Shown: piece by piece, positions 55,607 through 64,000 of the stretch
Numbering within the stretch: the stretch's first letter is position 1
How the letters are laid out: the number at the start of each line of letters is the position of its first letter
Assembly (NCBI GenBank): GCA_001779315.1
Contig: MFJU01000028.1
Location: forward strand, 614 to 64,613
Direction of reading: 5' to 3'
Origin: Candidatus Gottesmanbacteria bacterium RIFCSPLOWO2_01_FULL_42_22
GTDB lineage: Bacteria > Patescibacteriota > Microgenomatia > 2-02-FULL-39-11
DNA length: 64,000 bases
The notes under the pieces: generated by a model
What the model was told of the DNA's origin: nothing
The model's input: only the letters and a program-made list of their open reading frames with translations
Databases searched by the model: none
Program-made: the position numbers and the translations under genes

Positions 55607-56266
55607 TTACGGCAGGTCGCTATGCCGGGAGCGGATAGGCAGATAAAAGGAAAGAACGAGAGCTAAGACTACCGAAACCAGGAAAAAGTAGAAGACGATC
55701 TCACCCGGAATCAGCCAGACCCGGGCATTGAGAAAGAGGCGCCCCGAGGTCTGTGCGGGAACGGGATGATTCTGAATTTTTGCCAGCCAGGATAAAAAGA
55801 CCATCGGAAAAATGATCAGATAGTTTCTCCGTAATCTCCAGGCAACCGATTCCAGCCTCGACATCGGCACTTTCAAACTGCGGAAACTGGCAGCCAATTT
55901 TTCCCGCCATTGTCCGTCATCCCGTTTTTTAACTTTGCCCAGGAATATCTGGGATAAAAGCTGTTTTTCGATGATTCTTGTCCTCTCCCGAAGAAGGCTG
56001 TAGTAACGATACCTGCGGGACTCAATATACAGGAAAAACCAGACAAAAACATAATTGACCAGAATAATCGAATGGGGAGCTGAAGGATTGGTAAAAACAA
56101 AGGAAAGCATGGCGGCAGTCACCACGATCGACCAGTTGGTGGTCGTGTCGAGGCGGTTGCGCCAATTGGTTTCACGGTAAACTTCTGCCCGGTAATAGTG
56201 GTAGACAAAACCGTAGTAGGATTCGGGGAGGGATTCCAGATCCAAAACATCAGAATCATCAGCCAT
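55607..56266 (-). CDS. polytopic membrane protein (DUF2270-like by memory)
   Basis: YYRAEVYRETNWRNRLDTTTNWSIV then 3-4 TM helices. Confidence 0.5.
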   Translation of the reverse strand: MADDSDVLDLESLPESYYGFVYHYYRAEVYRETNWRNRLDTTTNWSIVVTAAMLSFVFTNPSAPHSIILVNYVFVWFFLYIESRRYRYYSLLRERTRIIEKQLLSQIFLGKVKKRDDGQWREKLAASFRSLKVPMSRLESVAWRLRRNYLIIFPMVFLSWLAKIQNHPVPAQTSGRLFLNARVWLIPGEIVFYFFLVSVVLALVLSFYLPIRSRHSDLP

Positions 56267-56278
56267 GAATTAATTATA

Positions 56279-57130
56279 TCAGAATAATGAAGTCCAGTCC
56301 TTATAGAAGCTGACAAGTCCGCGGTCGGTCAGCATATGCTGTAAATCATATGTCTGCCAATCCCTGCCCAACTTGACATCAGCCCGATAAGGAATCGGTC
56401 TTAATTCCGGTTTATTATAGAGATAATCATCAGCGGGATTTCTGAAGTTTTCATCAGCCCATAGTTGGAAGATTTTAAAGGGAATGGTGATGATGTCCGA
56501 TTTAAGCAAAAGCGCATACAAGATGTGATCAAGATTTCTGACTGAAGCGGTGAGAACTTCCACATGACCATCTCCATTTTCATACAAATTGAGGATATTT
56601 TTAACAACCTCCATGCCGTTTTCTCCGATATCATCCAACCTGCCTACGAATGGAGAAATAAATATAGGATATTTAGCCCCCCGGGTAATTTCATAGACGG
56701 CAGCCGCCTGGCTCTGTGAAAAAACCAGTGTGATGTTTATTGGCATTTCAAGACTTGCTTTGCCAGCCGCTTTTAAGCCTTCGTGAGTTGCGGGAAACTT
56801 GATCGAAGCATTGGGAATCCATTTGTTTCTCTCCCTGGCCTGCTCCAACATATCTCCGGCGCTAGTTTTTTCATCGGCAAAGACCTGAATTGAGATTGAG
56901 CCGCCGGGAATGACTGAGCTCATTTCCCGGACTATCCGTTTATATTCAGCTAAAGCATCTTTTTCGGTCAGTTTGCCACTCTTTTCCACCAAATTCCTAG
57001 CAATCAGGGTCGGGTTGGTCGTCTGTCCGTCCAGAGGGAAACCTAAGGTAACCGACCGACGCTCTGAAGCTTCTTTAGTTTCTGTAGGGCTACCGCCGTC
57101 AATGAAAATTTTTGAAGGTAATCTGTTCAT
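56279..57130 (-). CDS. tal: transaldolase / fructose-6-phosphate aldolase family (short type)
   Basis: KIFIDGGSP...GQTTNPTLI, IKFPATHEGL, TLVFSQSQAAAV...ISPFVGRLDD. Confidence 0.8.
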   Translation of the reverse strand: MNRLPSKIFIDGGSPTETKEASERRSVTLGFPLDGQTTNPTLIARNLVEKSGKLTEKDALAEYKRIVREMSSVIPGGSISIQVFADEKTSAGDMLEQARERNKWIPNASIKFPATHEGLKAAGKASLEMPINITLVFSQSQAAAVYEITRGAKYPIFISPFVGRLDDIGENGMEVVKNILNLYENGDGHVEVLTASVRNLDHILYALLLKSDIITIPFKIFQLWADENFRNPADDYLYNKPELRPIPYRADVKLGRDWQTYDLQHMLTDRGLVSFYKDWTSLF

Positions 57131-57368
57131 AATGATATAATACCAGGCTGAATGGGAAAAGAAAACCCTAATCCGAATTGGGAAGGCTTAAAGAAGGTCG
57201 GCAAGACGGCTTTAATCGCCGTGGCAATCGGCTTTATAGGCCTAGCTTTATTATAATTTCAACTATTTTTCCCTTATTTCCGTGGGTAACTAAACTATAG
57301 GTCTGTGGATAAATTTATTATAGGTTTAATCCTTGACTTTGTAGTCAATACTGACTACAATCAATCAC

Positions 57369-58193
57369 ATGGATATCTTTAAACTGACACGATCCATCAC
57401 CCGGCAAAAAATTCTGACACTTTTCCTGGCTGATCCCGGAGAGGCTCATTACCTTCACGAAATTGCCAGAATATTATCAATTTCCGCAGGCAATATCAGG
57501 CGGGAAATGAAAACCATGGCCGCTTCCGGATTATTCAATTCTTACAGCCTTGGCCGGCTGCTATATTTTAAAATTAATCAGAATACGGCACTTTTTGAAA
57601 CTGTTAAATCTTTAACCATGAAAACAGCTCCCCAGACAAATAACGACATTATCGCCAAGGCTTTTTTGTGGACTGCTAAACCTTCCCCTATTGCTCTTCA
57701 GAGTGAAATATATTGCCAAACAAGAGATATTTTCCAGGTAAGACTACAGACTTTTACGGAACATCTGGAAGCTAAATTGGGAACCGGCGCCTATTTGGTT
57801 TCGGCGGTGGCCGGAGAAATCGGCAATAACTCCTTTGACCATAATCTGGGAAATTGGCCTGATATGCCCGGTGTCTTATTCGCACATGCCAAAAAAATAG
57901 TAGTTTTAGCCGACCGCGGACAGGGTATCTTAAAAACCTTACAAAACGTCCGGAGTCAAATAAAAAATGACAGGGAAGCGCTTTTGATCGCCTTTACCGA
58001 AATTATTTCCGGGCGTTTCGGCGAAAAAAGAGGCAACGGCTTGAAATTTGTCTCATCTATTATTAGGGAAAAGAAATGGTGCTTGGAATTCTATTCCGGA
58101 AGAGGTTTTTTAAAACTGGCAAGGGAGACGAAATTGAAGATTACGGAATCACCAAGAGTAATTAAAGGCTGTTTGGCTGTGCTAAAATATTAA
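57369..58193 (+). CDS. winged-HTH + GHKL-type ATPase (anti-sigma-factor/serine-kinase-like)
   Basis: N-terminal ArsR-like HTH. EIGNNSFDH (N box), DRGQGI (G1), GNGL (G2). Confidence 0.55.
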   Translation: MDIFKLTRSITRQKILTLFLADPGEAHYLHEIARILSISAGNIRREMKTMAASGLFNSYSLGRLLYFKINQNTALFETVKSLTMKTAPQTNNDIIAKAFLWTAKPSPIALQSEIYCQTRDIFQVRLQTFTEHLEAKLGTGAYLVSAVAGEIGNNSFDHNLGNWPDMPGVLFAHAKKIVVLADRGQGILKTLQNVRSQIKNDREALLIAFTEIISGRFGEKRGNGLKFVSSIIREKKWCLEFYSGRGFLKLARETKLKITESPRVIKGCLAVLKY

Positions 58194-58194
58194 A

Positions 58195-58470
58195 ATGACA
58201 ATCAAACTCTCTAAATTCGGCGAAATGCTCATTTCCAGACCGGCCGGCCGGGAGGCATATTTTTCAGCTAAGGCTTATTTATTGGGTAAAAATCCTGGTA
58301 TGGTCGAATTTGACTTCGATAAAATAAAAGTCCTGACTCCTTCATGGATTGACGAGTTTATTGCTTTACTGAAAAATGATTTTCCAAAAACGAAAATCAA
58401 GTTTCTGCACTCACACAATCCGACAGTAATTTCTAGCTTAAAAATAATCTCCGCTTCCCCTTCGGCTTAA
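58195..58470 (+). CDS. STAS-like (DUF4325-type) small protein, putative partner of the upstream ATPase
   Basis: 91 aa, translationally coupled (2-nt gap). Family named from memory. Confidence 0.45.
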   Translation: MTIKLSKFGEMLISRPAGREAYFSAKAYLLGKNPGMVEFDFDKIKVLTPSWIDEFIALLKNDFPKTKIKFLHSHNPTVISSLKIISASPSA

Positions 58471-58865
58471 TTTACCTCTTCGGCTAACGGCCTGGTCTGG
58501 ACCAGTTGAAAATAATTGCCGTCGGGATCGACAAAAGTGGCTATTTTGCCGTAATCCTGGACATGGTAGATATCCTGGATTTTTTTGACTTTGGCCTTTT
58601 CCAATCGTACTACTTCCTTTTCGATATTATCGACCTCGAAATTGATCATATACCTTTCCGGCTCCTTGTTTTTGCCTTCAACTTTGTCGTGGTGCATGAC
58701 TACTAAATAAGGGCCCTTGCCCGGATTGAATCCGACAAATACGTCTTCATCATCCCCATACTCCCCCTCCATCCCGACTTTCAGCCCCAGAGTATCCTTG
58801 TAAAACTTGGACAATTTTTCCGGATTTTCGGAAAAAAGGAGGATTGATTCTATCCTTTTGATCAT
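58467..58865 (-). CDS. VOC/glyoxalase-family protein
   Basis: Small beta-alpha-beta-beta-beta duplicated fold pattern, FYKDTLGL and FVDPDGNYFQL. Confidence 0.55.
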   Translation of the reverse strand: MIKRIESILLFSENPEKLSKFYKDTLGLKVGMEGEYGDDEDVFVGFNPGKGPYLVVMHHDKVEGKNKEPERYMINFEVDNIEKEVVRLEKAKVKKIQDIYHVQDYGKIATFVDPDGNYFQLVQTRPLAEEVN

Positions 58866-59047
58866 TTAATTATTTTTCTCCCAATAAATATTGATAATTA
58901 TCTATATATAAAACATTTAATGATAGAAAACAAGATGATAATAGGCCCAATATTATCCTCAATGGAACGGAAATCGATGGCTGGAACCTATGGCAAACAG
59001 CGCGAAATAAACTAACAACCTACGGTCGGGGATCTTAGTCATGTGCT

Positions 59048-60946
59048 TTAGAGGGTTTGGACAGCTTTAATGATGGCTTTGGCATCTATACCTTCTAAAG
59101 CCAGAAGTTCGGCGGGTTTGCCGCTTCTGGGCATTTTGCTGACAGCCAATTTGGTAATTTTGACATTGGGATCGGAAGCGAAGACATTTAAGACAGCATC
59201 GCCCAATCCCCCTTCGAACCAGTGGTCTTCGACGGTTATGACTTGGGCCGTCCCAACGCCATTTGCCCCGAAAGCTTTCGGGGGCCTTGCGAGGCTGGAT
59301 AGGGTTTTAGCATCGATGGGTTTTATGGAGTAACAATCAACTACTGTCACTCCAATCCCCACTTTGGCTAATTCCTCTTGGGCTTTGAGGGCTTCGAAGA
59401 GAGTAACGCCGGCAGCAATAATCAGTATTCGGATTTCGGATTTCGGATTTCGGATTTTTGGCAAGTGGATTTTGCAGCCTCCAATAGGAAATTCCTCATT
59501 GTTGTCATATATAACGGAAGTGGCCGGACGGGAGGTCCTTAGATAACTGATACACTGGCAATTGATCATTTCTTCGACCAATTTCTCGGTTGAAACGGCA
59601 TCGGCAGGATAGAGAACGGTAGAGCCGTTGACCGCCCGGAACATGGCCAAATCCTCCAAACCCATTTGTGACGGTCCGTCCTCGCCGATTGAGACGCCGG
59701 CATGGGAGCCGCATATTTTGATATTTGCTCCCGAGACAGCAGCCATGCGGATCTGGTCGAAACCTCGGGTCAGGAAAGCGGCAAAAGTGGAGACAAAAGG
59801 AATATAGCCTAATTTGGCAAAGCCTACGGCCGCCCCGACCATGTTCTGCTCGGCAATAAACATTTCAAAAAAGCGGCCGGGATATTTCGCCTGGAATATT
59901 TCGGCATAGGTCGAATTTTTGACATCGCCGTCTAATGAAACCAATAAGGGATATTTCTCCCCCAGCCTGGCCAGGGCATTACCGTATGCCTTGCGTGTAG
60001 CCGCCGAATCTCCGGTTTTGTATTTGGTGTTCGGTATTTGGACGGTGGTATTTTTTTTGTTTTTAATAGCCGGTGCCGCTTTAGCTACTTCACCGCGCAG
60101 ATTTAAATCAACTTTTCCCAATTCTTTTAAGGCTTTTACCAAATCCTCCGGAGCAAGCGGCTTGCCGTGCCAACCCTCCTTGTTTTCGATAAAAGAGACG
60201 CCTTTGCCTTTGACGGTTTTGGCGATGATGACTGTCGGCTGTTTGACTGTTGATGACTGGATTTTTTGGAAAGCTTGGCTGATTTGATTCAGATTGTGGC
60301 CGTCCAAAACTTCTGTTTGCCAGCCGAAAGCTTTGAAACGTTTTTCATAAACTTGCGTATCCCAGCCCAGCATCGTCTCCCGGCTTTGGCCTAAGCGGTT
60401 GACATCGAGGATGGCGGTAAGGTTGTTTAACTTGTAATATGACGCAAGATTAACAGCTTCCCAAACTGATCCTTCGGCCATTTCCCCGTCTCCTAAGAGA
60501 ACAAAAACCCGGGGCAGGCTTTTTATGGAAGGCAGATTTTCATTATACTTTCTGATGGCCAGTGCCATACCGAATCCGATGGATAGCCCCTGACCGAGAC
60601 TGCCGGTGGCTACTTCGGTAAATTTGAAACGGGGTGTCGGATGGCCCTCAAGCGGCGAATCGATGCGGCGCAGGCTTTTTATTTCTGTTTCAGTAATTTG
60701 ATTGGCTGCCAGAAATAACGAATAATAAAGGGGCGAGGCATGACCTTTGGAAAAAATCAGGCGGTCGTTGGCTAAATTCTCTGGTTTATCAAAATCAAAA
60801 TGATAGAACCGGCCGAACATCAAAACCGTCATCAGATCAGCAGCGGAAAGTGACGAGGTCGGATGGCCGCTCCCGGCTGATGAAGAAGAAACCAGGCTGT
60901 AATATCTTACTAATTTAGCTAAAGCCGACAGTCTAGCAGTATTCAT
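59048..60946 (-). CDS. tkt: transketolase
   Basis: GSGHPTSSLSAADLM, HFDFDKPENLANDRLIFSKGHASPLYY, TPP and pyrimidine domains, complete 632 aa. Confidence 0.9.
   Translation of the reverse strand: MNTARLSALAKLVRYYSLVSSSSAGSGHPTSSLSAADLMTVLMFGRFYHFDFDKPENLANDRLIFSKGHASPLYYSLFLAANQITETEIKSLRRIDSPLEGHPTPRFKFTEVATGSLGQGLSIGFGMALAIRKYNENLPSIKSLPRVFVLLGDGEMAEGSVWEAVNLASYYKLNNLTAILDVNRLGQSRETMLGWDTQVYEKRFKAFGWQTEVLDGHNLNQISQAFQKIQSSTVKQPTVIIAKTVKGKGVSFIENKEGWHGKPLAPEDLVKALKELGKVDLNLRGEVAKAAPAIKNKKNTTVQIPNTKYKTGDSAATRKAYGNALARLGEKYPLLVSLDGDVKNSTYAEIFQAKYPGRFFEMFIAEQNMVGAAVGFAKLGYIPFVSTFAAFLTRGFDQIRMAAVSGANIKICGSHAGVSIGEDGPSQMGLEDLAMFRAVNGSTVLYPADAVSTEKLVEEMINCQCISYLRTSRPATSVIYDNNEEFPIGGCKIHLPKIRNPKSEIRILIIAAGVTLFEALKAQEELAKVGIGVTVVDCYSIKPIDAKTLSSLARPPKAFGANGVGTAQVITVEDHWFEGGLGDAVLNVFASDPNVKITKLAVSKMPRSGKPAELLALEGIDAKAIIKAVQTL
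59431..59458. repeat. tandem heptamer GGATTTC (x~3.5) inside the tkt coding sequence
   Basis: Seen directly. In-frame 21-nt unit encoding a small insertion (PKIRNPKSEIR) relative to typical transketolases. Confidence 0.7.
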
Positions 60947-61016
60947 AAATCACATTATAAAACATGAATAGGTAAATTGAACAGAAGAAGCTGGAATGTA
61001 TAGATTTGTATTTATT

Positions 61017-61658
61017 TTATGCCTGACCCTGTATAGATTCTATGATTGATTCTATCGCCTTTTTTATATCAGGGGCGTTGAAAAGATAGGAATTGGAGTT
61101 AATGCGGCTGGCCCCTGCACTGATGACTTTGGCGGCATTTTCGGCAGTCATCGCCCCGTCAACACAGATGGGCAGGTCAAAAAAAGCTTCTTTGATTTTT
61201 TTTATTTTATCTTCCGTTGCCGGCATATAGGGTTGGCCTGAAAAACCGGCCTTGATGGCCATGATCAAGACTGCGTCGATATTATCAAGATAAGGCGCAA
61301 TTTTTTCATAAGGGGTAGGACCGTCAATGGCCAAGCCGACCTCGATGTTTTTTTTATAAGCTTCGGCCATAAAATCATCAATACCTTCGGCTTCGATATG
61401 GGCATAAATGCGTTTAAAACCGCTATCAGCATATACGGCTACCAATTTTGCAGGTTCTTTTACCATCAGATGGACTTCCAGATTTAATTTGGTCTTAAGA
61501 TTTTTAAAGGAGGAGGGATCGGTTTTGCTGTCATTGGGAACCAGGAGGCCGTCTGCCACATCAATTTGCACCCATTCCACCAGGTTTTCCACTAAGCGGA
61601 TCTTTTTCTCTATTTCTGAAAAATCCTTTTCCAAAATCGCCGGAATTACTTCTACCAT
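61017..61658 (-). CDS. rpe: ribulose-phosphate 3-epimerase
   Basis: VQIDVADGLLVPN, EVHLMVKEP, YAHIEAEG, LIMAIKAGFSGQ. Confidence 0.75.
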   Translation of the reverse strand: MVEVIPAILEKDFSEIEKKIRLVENLVEWVQIDVADGLLVPNDSKTDPSSFKNLKTKLNLEVHLMVKEPAKLVAVYADSGFKRIYAHIEAEGIDDFMAEAYKKNIEVGLAIDGPTPYEKIAPYLDNIDAVLIMAIKAGFSGQPYMPATEDKIKKIKEAFFDLPICVDGAMTAENAAKVISAGASRINSNSYLFNAPDIKKAIESIIESIQGQA

Positions 61659-61725
61659 TAATTAATTCAGAATAGCAAACAAATCGCAAGTTGAAAAGAA
61701 GGGAAAGATATGACAAGATAAATAT

Positions 61726-62679
61726 ATGTTCAGGTTGAAACAGGCCAAAACTAAATTAATGGTAGTGCAAATACTGGCTATAGTTCCATTCCTGCTGTTT
61801 ATCTTCTATTTATTTGACCTCTGGTTCCAAACCAACCGCAGCAATGTCCTAGAAGAAAATTTAAACCAGGCTAAACTGCTAGCTCTGTATATTAATGACA
61901 ACCTTAATCACGGTTTAAAATTAGCAAAGTCTGTAGCCAGATCGCCTGACTTTATGAATATATATAACAATAATCCGGAACTGGTAAGACGTACCATCCG
62001 ATCGTTGGTTGATAACAATCCGGAACTGAGTAGTATGTACATTTTGAATAAGGAAGGAATAGTTATCCAGTTTGAATCGTCAATGCAAGTTAATAATGCC
62101 ATCGGTACATCAGTAACTGATCGCGATTATTACCAGCAAATAATGGAAACGCATAAAAGCTATGTTTCGGATCCGTTAGTCGGCAAACTGACAGGTACGA
62201 AAATTGTCACTATGGGTGATCCGGTCATCGTCGACAATGAAGTTGCAGCTATTGTTGTCTCATCAATAGATTTGAAAAAATTGACAAAACAAATGGAAAA
62301 ACACATGGAGACAAAGGGCTTAAAATACATTTATATTTTGGATAAAAAGGGAAATCTAACCGTATCCCCCTTTAGTGACAATATAGAGGTCGATAATCAA
62401 GAAATATTTAAAAATGAAGCTTTCTTTAATGAAGTTTCCAAAGGTAATGATGTCCTATTGGATAATAAAACTATGCCTATATTAAATGATAATGTACTCG
62501 GGGCTGCGGTCAGGGTCGAAGATTTCGGCTGGACAGTCATAAGTTTTCAAAGAACAATTGATATATTTTCTCCCCTGTTTAAAGTCCAAGCTGTTTCCTG
62601 GTTGATAATACTCTGCTCGCTTTCATTTGCCATTTTGGTTATTTCCTATCATCTCAAAAAAATAAGAATCATTTTTTAA
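61726..62679 (+). CDS. membrane protein with an extracytoplasmic sensor-like (Cache/PDC-like) domain between two TM helices and no output domain
   Basis: TM - ~250-aa domain - TM topology. Domain call is by architecture only. Confidence 0.45.
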   Translation: MFRLKQAKTKLMVVQILAIVPFLLFIFYLFDLWFQTNRSNVLEENLNQAKLLALYINDNLNHGLKLAKSVARSPDFMNIYNNNPELVRRTIRSLVDNNPELSSMYILNKEGIVIQFESSMQVNNAIGTSVTDRDYYQQIMETHKSYVSDPLVGKLTGTKIVTMGDPVIVDNEVAAIVVSSIDLKKLTKQMEKHMETKGLKYIYILDKKGNLTVSPFSDNIEVDNQEIFKNEAFFNEVSKGNDVLLDNKTMPILNDNVLGAAVRVEDFGWTVISFQRTIDIFSPLFKVQAVSWLIILCSLSFAILVISYHLKKIRIIF

Positions 62680-63056
62680 CGGTTTTTAATTCATTCCCAT
62701 TTTTTAAACCTATAATTATCTTCCGCTGATGGAAATTAATCCTGGCTGTATTTGATCATTACAACAGTCTGCATTTAATCAGGTAAGTCTCCTAAAGCAT
62801 AATATCTTTACCTCAAAGACTAATATTGAATAAGTTTAATGAACAATTAATAGTTTTTAATTGACAGGACTTGACAAAATTCTAATTTTTATTTTATTGT
62901 TAGTTAAGAGGAGGAAAAGACCAAATCTATCCATTACTAGCCTCATATTTCTGATCGAATCTATACATTTGACCTCTAATTATCTTTAAGGATCAGGCAG
63001 ACCCATAAAGATAAATAAAAAGGCTCAACCTGAGCAGGGTGGGCTAAAATTTCTAA

Positions 63057-64000
63057 ATGCTTAGTCCTAAGTCTGGTCGTGATCAGAAACTGATCTATTC
63101 AATCGGTGAGGCAGCCGCATTCCTCGGCGTGTCGATCATGACCCTAAGGAGATGGACGAAGAGCGGAAAGATTCACTTTATTAAGACACCAGGAGGTTTC
63201 CGCAGATTTCCGCATGACGAACTGGTCAGAATAAAAAAGTACGGGTTAAATTCCAAACCTGTCTTCACTTTATCCCAAGCAACCAATGAATTGGGAGTTT
63301 CACGTCAAACTTTAAAAAGATGGAAAAAGTCAGGTAAAATCAAATGGTATCAAGCTGCCCATCGAATACTTTTCCCGAAAGAAGAAGTAGATGCTTTAAA
63401 ACATAAGTCTGAAAGTACTTACACTTCACCTTCACATGATTATCTTCATTTAGGCGCCATATTGTCTTCACTGTTTGTTTTTTATTTGGTTTTTGTAAAT
63501 TTAGCTACAGAAATAAAGGTAGCAGGTATATCTGCAATCCCCCGGCCTCTGGCTGGTGCTATTTCAACATTAATTGTGCCATTCAATCCTAAATTGGCAG
63601 CAGATATCTCCTCAAGAATCAAACCGGCGGATCTTTCTTTTGCTCAATATGCCCAACCATCTGAAATTTCAGGAAACCCTGACATCACAGTCTTATCACG
63701 GACAGAAAATGAGTCTCAGGACAATGCTGTAAATCCTGGAATTAAGGGAGAAGAAGGTATCACTGGCCAAACTGGAGCAACCGGAGAGACCGGGGTACAG
63801 GGAGCAACCGGACCTTCTGGTCTGACAGGTGTTTCGGGAAGTGCGGGAGCCGCAGGGGCATCAGGAATTTCAGGGGCTACCGGTCCGACAGGAGCTGATG
63901 GTGAAAAAGGAATCCAAGGAGCTACCGGTCCGACAGGAACTGCCGGAACTGAAGGATCTCAAGGTCCGACTGGTTCAACCGGAAGTACCGGTGTAACAGG
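63057..64000 (+). CDS. partial (3' end beyond window): tandem excisionase/MerR-type HTH domains, TM segment, collagen-like Gly-X-Y repeats
   Basis: [25 protein letters not shown] and [23 protein letters not shown], then [25 protein letters not shown]... running to the window end. Not in the ORF track because no stop is reached. Confidence 0.6.
   Translation, partial: MLSPKSGRDQKLIYSIGEAAAFLGVSIMTLRRWTKSGKIHFIKTPGGFRRFPHDELVRIKKYGLNSKPVFTLSQATNELGVSRQTLKRWKKSGKIKWYQAAHRILFPKEEVDALKHKSESTYTSPSHDYLHLGAILSSLFVFYLVFVNLATEIKVAGISAIPRPLAGAISTLIVPFNPKLAADISSRIKPADLSFAQYAQPSEISGNPDITVLSRTENESQDNAVNPGIKGEEGITGQTGATGETGVQGATGPSGLTGVSGSAGAAGASGISGATGPTGADGEKGIQGATGPTGTAGTEGSQGPTGSTGSTGVT

Noticed and set aside
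1-64000. CRISPR array, rRNA genes, reverse transcriptase (DGR or retron)
   Set aside because: No arrays of regularly spaced direct repeats; the 40-bp palindromes are dispersed singly. No rRNA-like conserved stretches. No ORF shows the YADD RT motif.

Overview
This 64-kb window looks like a small-genome bacterium of the CPR/Patescibacteria type. Many of its proteins are small, secreted or membrane proteins with no recognisable family. Core genes present are rnhB, galU, secE-nusG-rplK-rplA-rplJ-rplL, a tal-tkt-rpe pentose-phosphate cluster, and galT. tRNA-Trp(CCA) lies on the minus strand at 4811..4881. Abutting its 3' end is a large serine recombinase gene flanked by near-perfect ~97-bp inverted repeats (3160..3256 / 4716..4813). 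A nearby double palindrome shares a TGCACACA core with the inverted-repeat termini. The ribosomal-protein cluster has foreign genes between nusG and rplK, and between rplA and rplJ. The rplA-rplJ insert encodes secreted C39-like and CHAP peptidases whose leaders carry an [IL]KFG[ST]FTP motif, which also ends the RHS protein. rplL is followed by an excisionase-like HTH gene and a 13-kb accessory stretch rather than rpoBC. That stretch holds a 1839-aa RHS/YD-repeat protein followed by two genes encoding signal peptide + RHS core + divergent C-terminal domain, with no obvious immunity genes. Other notable items: a Fic protein with a degenerate active-site motif (QPFVDGNKR); a SipW-like signal peptidase next to a TasA/camelysin-like protein; two paralogous DNPH1/RCL-like nucleotide hydrolase domains fused to ribbon-helix-helix tails, bracketing a gene broken by a 10-bp tandem duplication; and a large M23-peptidase-domain membrane protein. 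Toxin-antitoxin components are frequent: Phd plus a truncated VapC, two HEPN/MNT pairs, and a BrnA-like gene. A 40-bp palindromic repeat occurs three times (9.4, 34.2, 47.1 kb), one copy forming a clean terminator. Several accessory genes are disrupted: a -1 shift in an A-run (HEPN), a +1 shift (BrnA), a 10-bp duplication, and in-frame TAG and TAA codons inside the signal peptides of two adjacent genes. No rRNA genes, CRISPR array or reverse transcriptase were seen. All functional calls rest on motif recognition by eye, without searches.
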